Notes under the pieces: generated by a model
The model's input: only the letters and a program-made list of their open reading frames with translations
What the model was told of the DNA's origin: nothing
Database searches by the model: none
Source: Macrostomum lignano
Taxonomy: Eukaryota
Reading direction: 5' to 3'
NCBI GenBank assembly: GCA_002269645.1
Contig: NIVC01000237.1
Coordinates: 372,001-436,000 of the forward strand
Length of the DNA stretch: 64,000 nucleotides
Program-made: the position numbers and the translations under genes
In this document: positions 25,701 through 37,031 of the stretch, piece after piece
Layout of the letters: each line of letters opens with the position of its first letter
Numbering within the stretch: position 1 is the first letter of the stretch

Positions 25701-27816
25701 TCAGACGTACATCCCAGAGTCGCCGCCGGCGCTCACCGGCTGCCTGTGAAAGCGAATCCCGTTGAGGCTGCGCTCCAGGCTGAAGGCGAGGCCCAGCCGG
25801 TCGGCCAGACAGGCCTGGAAGGCGGCCACGGAGGGCGAGTCAACGCTGGCCACCTTGGCTCGGTGGCGGACGCAGGCCAGCAGGGTGAAGGGCAGCCGGT
25901 CCACCAGGGCGAACTGGACAAAGCAGCACAGGAAGGCGTCCCGGACTGGACGAGCGGTAAGGTCCAGGCTGGGCAGGCCGGGGTCCAGTTTGTCAGCGGC
26001 TCCGTTGAAGGCGGTCTCGGTGAGTCGAGCGGCTCCCCCGTCTGCCCTGTCGTCAATATCGTCCAGCAACTCAATTGGATTACCAGCTGCGTCCGGCAGG
26101 TGCAGACAGCTGAGTAGGTGGACTCGGCTAACTTTGAACTGTTCGAATAGTTGGAAAACTCGCTGCATCACCAAGTGCACTCGGCTCGGAGGGACGTGCG
26201 AGTTCACCAGGATGAGAGAGTACTGCTCGTATTTCAGGTTCAGCACCTGGGCAAAATGGGGGTGTTGGGAAATGTGCTTTGATCTTAGCTCGAATGTGTA
26301 TCTCGATTACTTTTTCTGAGCCCGCAACCCTTGATTGTCACTCACTAAGAGTTTCTCTTTAACACTCTGATCGTCACTCTTCATTACTCTGATCGTCACT
26401 CTTCATTACTCTGATCGTCACTCTTCATTACTCTGATCGTCACTCTTCATTACTCTGATTGTCACTCTTCATTACTCTGATTGTCACTCTTCATTACTCT
26501 GATCGTCACTCTTCATTACTCTGATCGTCACTCTTCATTACTCTGATTGTCACTCTTCATTACTCTGATCGTCACTCTTCATTACTCTGATCGTCACTCT
26601 TCATTACTCTGATCGTCACTCTTCATTACTCTGATCGTCACTCTTCATTACTCTGATCGTCACTCTTCATTACTCTGATCGTCACTCTTCATTACTCTGA
26701 TCGTCACTCTTCATTACTCTGATTGTCACTCTTCATTACTCTGATTGTCGCTCTTCATTACTCTGATTGTCGCTCTTCATTACTCTGATTTTCACTCTTC
26801 ATTACTCTGATTTTCACTATTCACTCTGATTTTCACTATTCACTCTGATCGTCACTCTTCATTACTCTGATTTTCACTCTTCATTATTCTGATTGTTACT
26901 CTTCATTATTCTGATTGTTACTCTTCATTATTCTGATTGTTACTCTTCATTATTCTGATTGTTACTCTTCATTACTCTGATTTTCACTCTTCATTATTCT
27001 GATTGTTACTCTTCATTATTCTGATTTTCACTCTTCATTATTCTGACTGTCACACTTCATTACCCTGATTGTCACTCTTCACCCTGATCGTCACTCTTCA
27101 TTACTCTGATCGTCACTCTTCATTACTCTGATTGTCACTCTTCATTACTCTGACTGTCGCTCTTCATTACTCTGATTGTCGCTCTTCATTACTCTGATTT
27201 TCACTCTTCATTACTCTGATTTTCACTATTCACTCTGATCGTCACTCTTCATTATTCTGATTGTTACTCTTCATTACTCTGATTTTCACTCTTCATTATT
27301 CTGATTGTTACTCTTCATTATTCTGATTGTTACTCTTCATTATTCTGATTGTTACTCTTCATTATTCTGATTGTTACTCTTCATTACTCTGATTTTCACT
27401 CTTCATTATTCTGATTGTTACTCTTCATTATTCTGATTTTCACTCTTCATTATTCTGACTGTCACACTTCATTACCCTGATTGTCACTCTTCACCCTGAT
27501 TGTCACTCTTCACTCTGATTGTCACCCTCCCCGTCTATTTACCAACCTGCAGTGGCTTGAGCTCTCCCTCCATTGGCGGAGTGCCGTCCCACCGTTCGCA
27601 GGCGGGCAGCAACAGCTGCTGCTGGGCTCCGTCATCTATGCCGCAGGGCAGCCCAGGCACATCCAGGTCCCAGAATTCAACCCTGGCCTCGATGCCTAGC
27701 AAAGCCCGGAGGCTGCTAGCGTTCAAATCGCAGTAGCCGACTAAACAGGCGCGGTTTAGGTACAGCTGGTCCTCCGCCATGCGGCTGAAGACTGCTGTGC
27801 GACTGCTGCTGCTCAT
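25701..27816 (-). CDS. Proteasome assembly chaperone PAC1/PSMG1-like protein with C-terminal HbYX motif, ~271 aa, 2 exons
   Basis: Exons 27816-27547 (alternative start 27780) and 26246-25701, phase 0, GT-AG. LPSLDLTARPVRDAFLCCFVQFALVDRLPFTLLAC...VAAFQACL aligns by eye to PSMG1 (PPLEQPNIVHDLPAAVLSYCQVWKIPAILYLC...VEAFKPIL), and the protein ends in SGMYV* (hydrophobic-Tyr-X). The gene model is solid; the family call is from memory. Confidence 0.6.
26360..27525 (+). repeat. 22-bp intronic minisatellite (TCACTCTTCATTACTCTGATCG)
   Basis: Direct reading; fills the PAC-like intron. Confidence 0.96.
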
Positions 27817-27899
27817 GACTGCCACTTCTCTAGCTGGATTTGCACTGCATGAAAAGCAAGCATGTACAAGCAATAGTGCTTGCGGTTATTAACTGCTTG

Positions 27900-28600
27900 G
27901 GGATGTTGACAGCCTGATTGGGGATATTGACAGCCTGATTGGGGATGTTGATAGCCTGATTGGGAATGTTGACAGCCTGATTGGGGATGTTGATAGCCTG
28001 ATTGGGGATGTTGACAGCCTGATTGGGGATATTGACAGCCTGATTGGGGATGTTGACAGCCTGATTGGGGATGTTGATAGCCTGATTGGAGATGTTGATA
28101 GCCTGATTGGGGATGTTGATAGCCTGATTGGGGATGTTGATAGCCTGATTGGAGATGTTGATAGCCTGATTGGGGATGTTGATAGCCTGATTGGGGATGT
28201 TGACAGCCTGATTGGGGATGTTGACAGCCTGATTGGGGATGTTGATAGCCTGATTGGGGATGTTGATAGCCTGATTGGGGATGTTGACAGCCTGATTGGG
28301 GATGTTGACAGCCTGATTGGGGATGTTGATAGCCTGATTGGGGATGTTGATAGCCTGATTGGGGATGTTGATAGCCTGATTGGGGATGTTGACAGTCTGA
28401 TTGGGGATATTGATAGCCTGATTGGGATATTGATAGCCTGATTGGGATATTGATAGCCTGATTGGGATATTGATAGCCTGATTGGGGATATTGATAGCCT
28501 GATTGGGGATATTGATAGCCTGATTGGGGATATTGATAGCCTGATTGGGGATATTGATAGCCTGATTGGGATATTGATAGCCTGATTGGGGATGTTGAAC
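27900..28600 (+). repeat. 21-bp tandem repeat (GATGTTGATAGCCTGATTGGG)
   Basis: Direct reading; explains ORF 27889..28608. Confidence 0.96.
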
Positions 28601-28904
28601 TCAGGCAAAACAGCTAAATTCAGCTAAAAAAGACATTATTTCACTTGAAATGTTTGAGTGTTTGAAACGAAAGAATTTCATGCATTATATTAAATATGAA
28701 ATTACGTGTATATACGAGTGTTGCAAGCGCTATCAAACACACACATTGACAACAGCTGGTCAAGATAAGTGGGCGAGTTGATAAGACAACGACAATAGAG
28801 ATGCGGCATAGATAAACATAAAACTTGATTCAAACATGACAATAGTAAAATGACTAATTATAGCACATGCTACAAAAAACTACATGTACAAAAGTATATC
28901 TAAT

Positions 28905-29325
28905 TGCCACTCTCATCACTCCAATGGCCACTCTCATCACTCTAATGGTCACTCCTATATCACTCCAATGGCCACTCCCATCACTGTCACTCCCATCACT
29001 CTAACTGCCACTCTCATCACTCTAATGGCCACTCCCATCACTGTCACTCCATCATTCTAACTGCCACTCTCATCACTCTAAAGGTCACTCCCATCACTCT
29101 AATGGCCACTCTCATCACTCTAATGGTCACTCCCATCACTCTAATGGCCACTCTCATCACTCTGTCACTCCCATTACTAACTGCCACTCTCATCACTCCA
29201 ATGGTCACTCCTATCACTCTAATGGTCACTCCTATCACTCTAATGGTCACTCCCATCACTCTAATGGTCACTCCCATCACTCTGTCACTCCCATTACTCT
29301 AACTGCCACTCTCATCACTCTAATG
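28905..29325 (+). repeat. 21-bp tandem repeat (CACTCTCATCACTCTAATGGC)
   Basis: Direct reading. Confidence 0.93.
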
Positions 29326-29387
29326 AAATTGCCACTAAAAATCTAATTGTCAATACCAAACTCGCCAATTGCGAGCTCAAACCCAGG

Positions 29388-31283
29388 CTACTCATCCACA
29401 TGCCACCCGTTAGCCTCATCCAGAATCCGTTTGCCCCATTTCGGCTTGAGCAGCAGCAGCTGACGCAGCGAGAATTCTTTGCCAGCCAAGGCGTCGCGAG
29501 TTCGCGCCGCTTTGTAGGCTCTGCGAATCGAAGCCAGTACAGCCGGAGGCAGCGGCCTCTCTAGCTGCAGGCAGAGCCGACAGCGGCTTTGATCCGCTGG
29601 TGTCGGCATAGAGAAGCCGAGCGACTCGCGGGCCCGTTGGAAATCTTCAGTATAAAATCTGATCAGCAGACTGGCGTGCCTGGCGCAGTAGGCGACGATC
29701 TCAGGCAGCGGGTGCGGCAGTATCAGGCAGCGGTTTGGCCCGACGCTCAGGCGGATGCAGTCAGCGAACAGCTGCACCGACACCTCAGCGCCTGCAGCTG
29801 GCGAGATGGCCGATCCGGCCAGGCGGATGGCGACCACACTAATGGGCTGGCACAGCGTTTCGGAGGCCACAGAGGCCGCTCTGACGGCGGCGGCGGCAGT
29901 TGAACTGGCGTTGCTGGGGTCGCCAGGCGGGCTGTCGGAGCCGGGGCTGCTAGACATAGAAGCGGAGTCCTCAGCCAGGTCCTCGTCGCCGCTCTCGTCG
30001 CCGCTCTCATTCAAAAAGTCGATGTCAACTGCCGCCTCCGGGTCTTCATCGCTGTCAGCGAGACCGGGCTGCTGCGGCTCCTCTGCCTCGTCGCTGTCCT
30101 CGCTGTCCCGACGCTGTACGCTGGAGCTGATTCGCTCCGAGGCGCTGCGGCTCGCCTGGCGGGCGCTCGACCGGACGGACGGCGTGCAAACTGGCGCCGG
30201 CGCCGCTAAACTGCGACGCCCGACACTACGCCTGCCGCCGCGCCCGAGACCCCGACCGCCGCCGCGCCCAAAGCCAGGCGCAATGATGGCAGGCGGGGCC
30301 TTGGTGTCCTCAGTGGCCTCTTCATTGACCGGAGCAGCAGTTGAGGCCGGTTCCAGCGGCTCCGCTTTGACTGCACAGCTGGCCGGCTCCGTTTTCACTC
30401 GCCGGGCTGGCGGCTCCGCAGCTGATGGCGCTGCCGTGGTGAGGTCAACTTGGCACCGTTTTCGATCGCCGCTTGCACGGCCAGCCGCAGGCGGAGGCTC
30501 GCTAGCGTCGGTCTCGACATTCGGCGGTGTCGGAGGCTTCTGAGCGGGCTGCTGCTGAGGCGGCTGCTGAGCAGAGGCGCCAGCCGCATCTTGGCCGCCG
30601 AAACGCAGGTGCAGCTGCATTGTGCCCTGTGATAAAATGCGGAGCGAGTGACAGCGAGACAACTCGCTGGATTTTGGTGGCTAAGAGATTCCAAATCCTG
30701 CATTTATAACCATCAAGTTCATTAGTTTAAAAAATAATTGATTACACCTGGCCCCCATTGGGCCAGATGTGCAACCGACAGCTCAGCTTCAGCTATAACG
30801 ACTGTTTAGTCCAAGGACTGGGGGGGGGGGTCGACAAACACACCATAAATTCCCCAAGCTAAAGCTGGCACCCATTTTACAGCTGAGTGAACTGAAGCAA
30901 TGCAGAGTTCAGTGTCTTGCTCAAGAACACAAACTGTTCCAGTGGAATCGGACGCACTAACCACTAGGCTAAAACACTGTAAAGACAGTCTCCTACTGCA
31001 AAGACTCAATCAAGTAACCTTCATATGAATCCTATCTATGTATTACCAAAATGCCAAAACAGCCATACCCAATTGCATTCATTACCTGACCATTGTGAGC
31101 AGCCTGGCAGTGCTTCTGCACAATAAAAACTTTGTTTGTGAAGAGGCTGCAGATGCTGCACACAAATATTTGCGAGTTCGGTCCACTAGGCTGGCAGCAG
31201 CTGACACTGTGCGTCAGAAAAGCAGCAAGGTCTGTGTATGGCTCATCGCAAGCCTTACAAATAAGGTCTGCTATAGCAGGCAT
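29388..31283 (-). CDS. Zinc-finger (C2HC + C2H2) protein with an acidic linker and a C-terminal PH-like domain of SENP6/7 type, ~478 aa, 2 coding exons
   Basis: Exons 31283-31086 (MPAIADLICKACDEPYTDLAAFLTHSVSC...CSICSLFTNKVFIVQKHCQAAHNGQ) and 30626-29388, joined in phase 0 (CAG|GTAATG; TCACAG|GGC). GC-rich long open frame; the C-terminal domain call is by recalled similarity only. Confidence 0.7.
30747..30978 (-). mobile_element. tRNA-derived SINE with an internal deletion, in the zinc-finger gene intron
   Basis: The minus strand reads TAGCCTAGTGGTTAGTGCGTCC (Pol III A-box-like), then TGTGTTCTTGAGCAAGACACTGAACTC...CAGCTGTAAAATGGGGTGCC, a central motif typical of widespread invertebrate and fish tRNA SINEs. 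No intact B-box. Confidence 0.6.
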
Positions 31284-33974
31284 TATTGACTTCAAGATCT
31301 GCAAAAATCATTCATTTTATACTTTATTCATTTTGATTGTTAACTAAAAGCAATCTACATTAAAATGCATGAAAAATATAATTAAAGAATAGTATGAATC
31401 ACAGATCCATAAGCATGTTAAAAAATTGTAGAAGAATGCTTACTATAAAAAGTTTGGCCTGATCTATACAAGTAAAAACTTTATTAAGAAAGTATCCTTA
31501 TTTCTATATGCAGTTGTTGGTGAAAATGGTAATTAATTAATTAAATCAGTTTGAATAAAATCAAATTCAAATCCAAAAAAGTCTAGCTTTTTTAGAAATC
31601 CAAATGTTTCAAACTTGGAAATTTTATTTTCCAAATTTCCAAAAGTGCCTCTGAATATAAAATATCAAAAACCAAAACAAAATTATGCAAACATAAAATA
31701 CAACTTTTGAAAAAAGAAAGTAAATTAAAAACTGAGAATGCAAAATTTAATGTTATATTGTTCATTTTTACAATTGTCTGTTTTTGCAGTAACATATTTT
31801 TAAAAAGTGTTATTAAGTAAAGTTACTTAACTTTGGGACCTTTGTTGAAGTATAATCATCACTTTATTTCTTTCAAAATGCAAATGCAACTGACTTTACG
31901 TGCACTATATGTACATAGTTAAGTTATCAAATTGCAGAAACATAATGCCAGTTAGTATTAGTAATTGGAATTAGTTAGATTAGGCGTATAAGAATTGAGT
32001 TTAATCTTGTTAGTAAATTAATGTAAAGCACTAATACAATTACTAATTAGATGATGAGGCATTTTTGTCACTGAAAGGTGTCATAGTTACTCCCGCAGTT
32101 TACCTTTAACTTTTTGTCTATATTTGGAAACACATTTGGATATTTGGATTTGAAATTGGATTTTTTTGTACATTTGGATTCAGTTTTGGAAACTTATAAA
32201 AATCTATATTTGGTCCATCACTATATTATTTGAAGTAGAATTAAACATTTTGCTACTGCCAGATTGTCAACAATCTAAAAAAGTTTGATTTGTACTGAAA
32301 TTTAAGGTCTTGCATATTATTATTGCATTTGCATAGAAAATTTAAATTTTGCACATTGCACAAAATTTGTGCAGCTATGGCAGCACCAGAAACATTACTC
32401 AAAAGTAGCATGTTTAAGACTTTATATTTAGTGATTGAACATGATTTAAGTTGTAAAGCTTTATAGAATTTTAGACCTGTTATATTTGGTAGAATCAGTG
32501 TTAAGATCCTTGTTAAGTTTAAAAAAAATTTACAACCATTACACAAGGATTCAAGAATCTTAGAAACTTAGGCCGCCTAGTATAGTAGGCCTAGCAAGCA
32601 AACTATCAACTCAAGTAGTATCCACTAAAAAATTAGATGTAGACCTAATTTAATTAAAGCATCATTCTAAACCTATAAAACTTATAAAAATGGACACTTT
32701 CAAAATATATATATCCTATTCCACTTAAACTAATAGAGTTACTTAAAAATTGTTTTATAAGAGATAATATAAGTATACAATTATAAAAAATATATTATTA
32801 TTAATATTTTATTCATATGAATCATATGCAGGTTTTTTATTTGAATTTTTTGTCTAGGCCTACAAAAAACCACAGCTAAATAACTTTTTTAGAATAATTT
32901 TTTTGACTGTTATTAAATAACACACAATGAAGAATGTTACAGGCTATTGGCTTAGGCCCTTTTCTGACATTTTATCTCTTAAAATTTGATTTAGAATCTA
33001 TGACTAGCTAGGGCCTAGGCTATACTATATATTCAAATACAAAATTGTGTACACTTCTAACTTCTATACGACGATAATTATGCACAAGATGAAACTTTAA
33101 CTAGCTAAAAACTTCAGTGAGATTTTAAATGATACATTCTTAGTAAATGATAAATGATAAATATTAAATCTTATTCGACTGACCCAGTTAAATTAAAGAC
33201 GTACATGTTAATTAGTAGTAGTAGTAGTAAGTTTGGCTCAGGCAGGAAGCCTGTTTGGCCAGTATACGTCAATGTATTTAAGAAAAATTCAAGAATAGAA
33301 GGAAACCTTGATCAAGTTTTGCAAATAGTATAGTTTTTGAAAGAGCGCTAATTTTTTCTACGAAACTTTGAACGAGCTTTAACGACTAACGAAGCAAAAA
33401 ACAGGTATTGTATGAATGATGAGGACGCATCTTAAAACCGCACATTTTGCTTCGATGCCCTTTTTCCCTACTGTCAGTAGGCTAGCTTAGGATTTTCTCT
33501 CTATTCTCTCATTTAGGCTGAGTTCTATACTAATTTATGATATTACTATCAATTATGTTAGATACCCAATGTACTTCCCTTAGGATTCTAATTTTGGGTT
33601 GTTTGAAGGTCAGGCTGTCTGGGTCTGAGGCGGATTGACCTCTAACAGTCTAGACAGGCGACACTAAGTGTGGGAGGGATGTTTTTAATCTCATTCTGAC
33701 CCCCTGATTTGTGACTTTTTCCCTCTTTTTAGTGATATATGGCGCGGTCTAGCTGTCACTTTTGGCTCCAGCCTGTCTGGGTCAAAGAGGTCTTTCCAGC
33801 TTCCTCCCCACTCGCTCTGTTACCTTCTCCTTTGATTTATGGGCGTTTTGCAGTCACTTTTGGCGCCAAGATGTCTAGACAAGTGACTTTTATTATTGCT
33901 TTGCACATGATTTATGACCGCACCTGTCAACTTCTCTGGGGTCTGAAGGCCACCTGGTGAGGTGGGTTTTGGGG

Positions 33975-34125
33975 TCTAGAGCTCAGCCAATCAGAGACGC
34001 CTGACTGCCCCCGGCTCGTCCAATCAGAAAATTCGGCGCCGATTTTAACAAAGGCCCTCAGCCAATAGGAAAATTCGGCGCTCGTTATAACAAATCGGCC
34101 GCGTAAGATCTATAATAATTAAGGC
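33975..34125 (+). promoter_or_regulatory. CCAAT-box-rich, CpG-rich promoter-like segment
   Basis: AGCCAATCAG (~33985), TCCAATCAG (~34019), AGCCAATAGG (~34060); duplicated CCAAT..GAAAATTCGGCGC..TAACAAA; TATAATA at ~34111. Confidence 0.4.
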
Positions 34126-34884
34126 GGCATGTCGACCCGCGCTCGGAAAACCCGGTCCGGCACCCTTGCTCCTTTCTGCTGGGACCTCCCTTCTTTTTGG
34201 TCCCTGGCAATCTTGGACTTTTCGGGGCGGATCGAGCTCCCTCCAACGCTCGCCCTTCGGCCGAGGTCACTCGTGATCCCCCTTCCCCTCGGCCTGCGCC
34301 CCAAGATCAGCAACAGCAACCGGCAAGTGAAGAGTAACGGCGGCACTCGTCAGTTAGGATCAGCATCAGCATCCCGTCCGAGCGCTTCAGTCTCTGTGGA
34401 ATCCTTGGCTACCGGCAGATAGGTCCTCTGATTGCATGGTTGGGTGAGATCAAGGCTTTCTTGAACTGCTTAACTGGATGCACCCTTTGTCTGACCCCTT
34501 CCTAGGTAGTCTGATAGGATTTGCACTTTTGCTTACTTGCTTTTTGTGTGCCAAACTCGAGGCAGAAGTGTCATTTAATACTAAAAGTAGCCATTAGCTC
34601 TGACTCAATCTAAGGCGTTTAGGATTGCGGATTAAGTGAGAAAGTTAAATCTGGAAGTTAAAGACTTAGCGTTTTCTTTCTTTTTTAATTGAAAGAATTT
34701 AAAGAATTCAATGCAAGAGGATCCGCTGCAGTAAGAGTTATTCGATTTTGTATATACCTAGGCACTTGTTCCCCAGTGTCGAGAAGTGAGAGTTTTTTGA
34801 GCGACTGATCACCACTCAATAAACTTTTCACCATCTAAGCAACTGAGCCTTTATTACATGTACTTTACATGTATTGATATACTT

Positions 34885-35190
34885 CGGCGGTCTGGTGCCC
34901 GACGTTCAAGAGGATCTGCGACGTCGCCGTGGACTTGCCTGGGCTGACTTCCGCTCCGTTAAGCCCTGTGGCCCTGTCCTACAGTCGGATGCCCTGTCTG
35001 ACCGTCAGAGGGTGGCGTTGTTCCAGGCGGTAATTGAGACCGTCCTGTTGTACAACGCCGAGACCTGGACGCTGACGAATTCGCTCGAACAGCAGGTCGA
35101 TGCGGCGCACGCTGGCCTGCTGCGCGCCGCCGTCAAGATTGGCTACGAGCGAGTGACCAATGTGGCACTCTATCGCCGCCCAGGCCCTAA
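34885..35190 (+). mobile_element. RTE-clade non-LTR retrotransposon fragment (end of the reverse transcriptase region)
   Basis: DLRRRRGLAWADFRS...VLQSDALSDRQRVALFQAVIETVLLYNAETWTLT...LLRAA...VTNVALYRR matches the VLLYGAETW-type motif of RTE elements; truncated at both ends. Confidence 0.8.
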
Positions 35191-35654
35191 AACGCGCCCT
35201 GTGACATTGACCTACGCTTGACTGGCTGACAATTTATTTTGTTGTTGACTATATTGATAGCAAGGCACGATGCTGGGATTTGAGATGTGCCGCAAAGGTT
35301 AAACAAATACTTTGCTGAACCAGCGGTTAGATCTAATAATCGCACTCGTAATAACAAAGAGCTGTACAGTAAAGTACATATCGCACTCAAATGCACACAG
35401 TTTGACAGTTATATATTAAAATGAAATGAAAAATTACAAGTTAAGACAATCAATGCCATCATTGTATAATAATAAAAAGTTCACATATTTAACTTCATAA
35501 GAGCATTAAACTGTCAGACACGAACTGGTCAAACCAGTTCGAGCAGTTAGAAAAACCAAAATAAAAAAATGCCTTGAAATTCAAATCAATCCCACAAATT
35601 GATAAGCAAGCAATTACCGTTATTTTTGTCCAGTTGAACACAAAAAACGTTTGT

Positions 35655-37031
35655 TTACTTCAGTTTGCCTGTTTTCTTGCTCTTGCGACCTTTTTTAGCC
35701 GGGGTAGGTCCGTTGACTGACGGGTCCCCTGCGCCCCCGCCGCCGGCGGACGAGCTGGCCTGAGCTGGCGTGGCCGAAGCCAGCTTGTGGCCGAGATCCG
35801 TCACTCCATTGATTGCCTGTGTATTATAGAGGTCAATTAAGGTCAAGTGTATAGACTCTTACAAGAGCAAACTAATCAAGCATTCTGCAGTCTAAACAAA
35901 ATGCACTACTCACAGCTGCGGACGTTACTGACGACTTAGAGAAGAGTCGGTCAGACTCTTTTATCTTGCGGCTGCGCTTGTCGCGTACGTCCTGGCCGGG
36001 CTTCTGACTGGTCAGGTAGCTGGGATGGACGGGTGGAATGGCCGAGACTCCAATCAATACAGAACAGGTTCAACACTGCCCCCCCCCCTATCCAATGCGC
36101 TATAGGCCTATGGCAACGGACATCTGATTCTCTGCAGTGGACACCCGATTCTCTGCAGTGGACACCCGATTCTCTACAGTGGACACCCAATTCTCTGCAG
36201 TGGACACCCAATTCTCTACAGTGGACACCCGATTCTCTACAGTGGACACCCGATTCTCTACAGTGGACACCCGATTCTTTACAGTGGACACCCGATTCTT
36301 TACAGTGGACACCCGATTCTTTACAGTGGACACCCGATACTCTACAGTAAACACTCGATACTATACAGTGGACACACTGATTCTCAACAGTGGAGACCCG
36401 ATACTCTACAGTGGACACACTGATTCTCAACAGTGGAGACCCGATACTCTACAGTGGACACACTGATTCTCAACAGTGGACACCCGATTCTTTACAGTGG
36501 ACACTCGATTCTTTACAGTGGACACTCGATTCTTTACAGTGAACACCCGATTCTCTGCAGTGGACACCCGTTTCTCTACAGTGGACACTCGATTCTTTAC
36601 GGTGGACACTCGATTCTCTGCAGTGGACACCCAATTCTCTACAGTGGACACCCGATTCTCTACAGTGGACACCCAATTCTCTACAGTGGACACCCAATTC
36701 TCTCAAGTGGACACACTGATTCTCTACAGTGGACACCCGATACTCTACAGCGGACACCCGATACTCTGCAGTGGACACACTGATTCTCAACAGTGGACAC
36801 GAATTGCTCTGCAAGCAGAGAGATCTCTTACCGATCCCAGCCCTTTATAATATTCCCATATTGAGCCGTGTCCTCAAGGTAGCTGCCCTCGAATCGATAA
36901 ATCTGCCGCTCCAAGTTGCCAAGAGTCTCGGCCAGTTCCGCTCGCTTCTGCAGCAGCTGGGTCAGCTCTGCCCGGGTGTCCGTGATGGCTGAATTGGCAC
37001 AGCTGGTGTCACCCGCGCCTGTGACTGGCAT
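35655..37031 (-). CDS. MEAF6: Chromatin modification-related protein MEAF6/Eaf6 (NuA4 and MYST HAT complexes), ~155 aa, 3 exons
   Basis: Exons 37031-36832, 36019-35914, 35816-35655 with matched phases: [50 protein letters not shown]|YLT...[21 protein letters not shown]. Confidence 0.95.
36125..36800 (+). repeat. 21-bp intronic minisatellite (CAGTGGACACCCGATTCTCTA)
   Basis: Direct reading, MEAF6 intron 1. Confidence 0.95.

Noticed and set aside
29755-30543. 262-aa plus-strand ORF
   Set aside because: Antisense shadow of the zinc-finger/PH-like gene's large exon.
34129-34422. 97-aa ORF after the CCAAT island (histone-tail-like start MSTRARKTRS)
   Set aside because: No histone fold or other recognisable domain follows.
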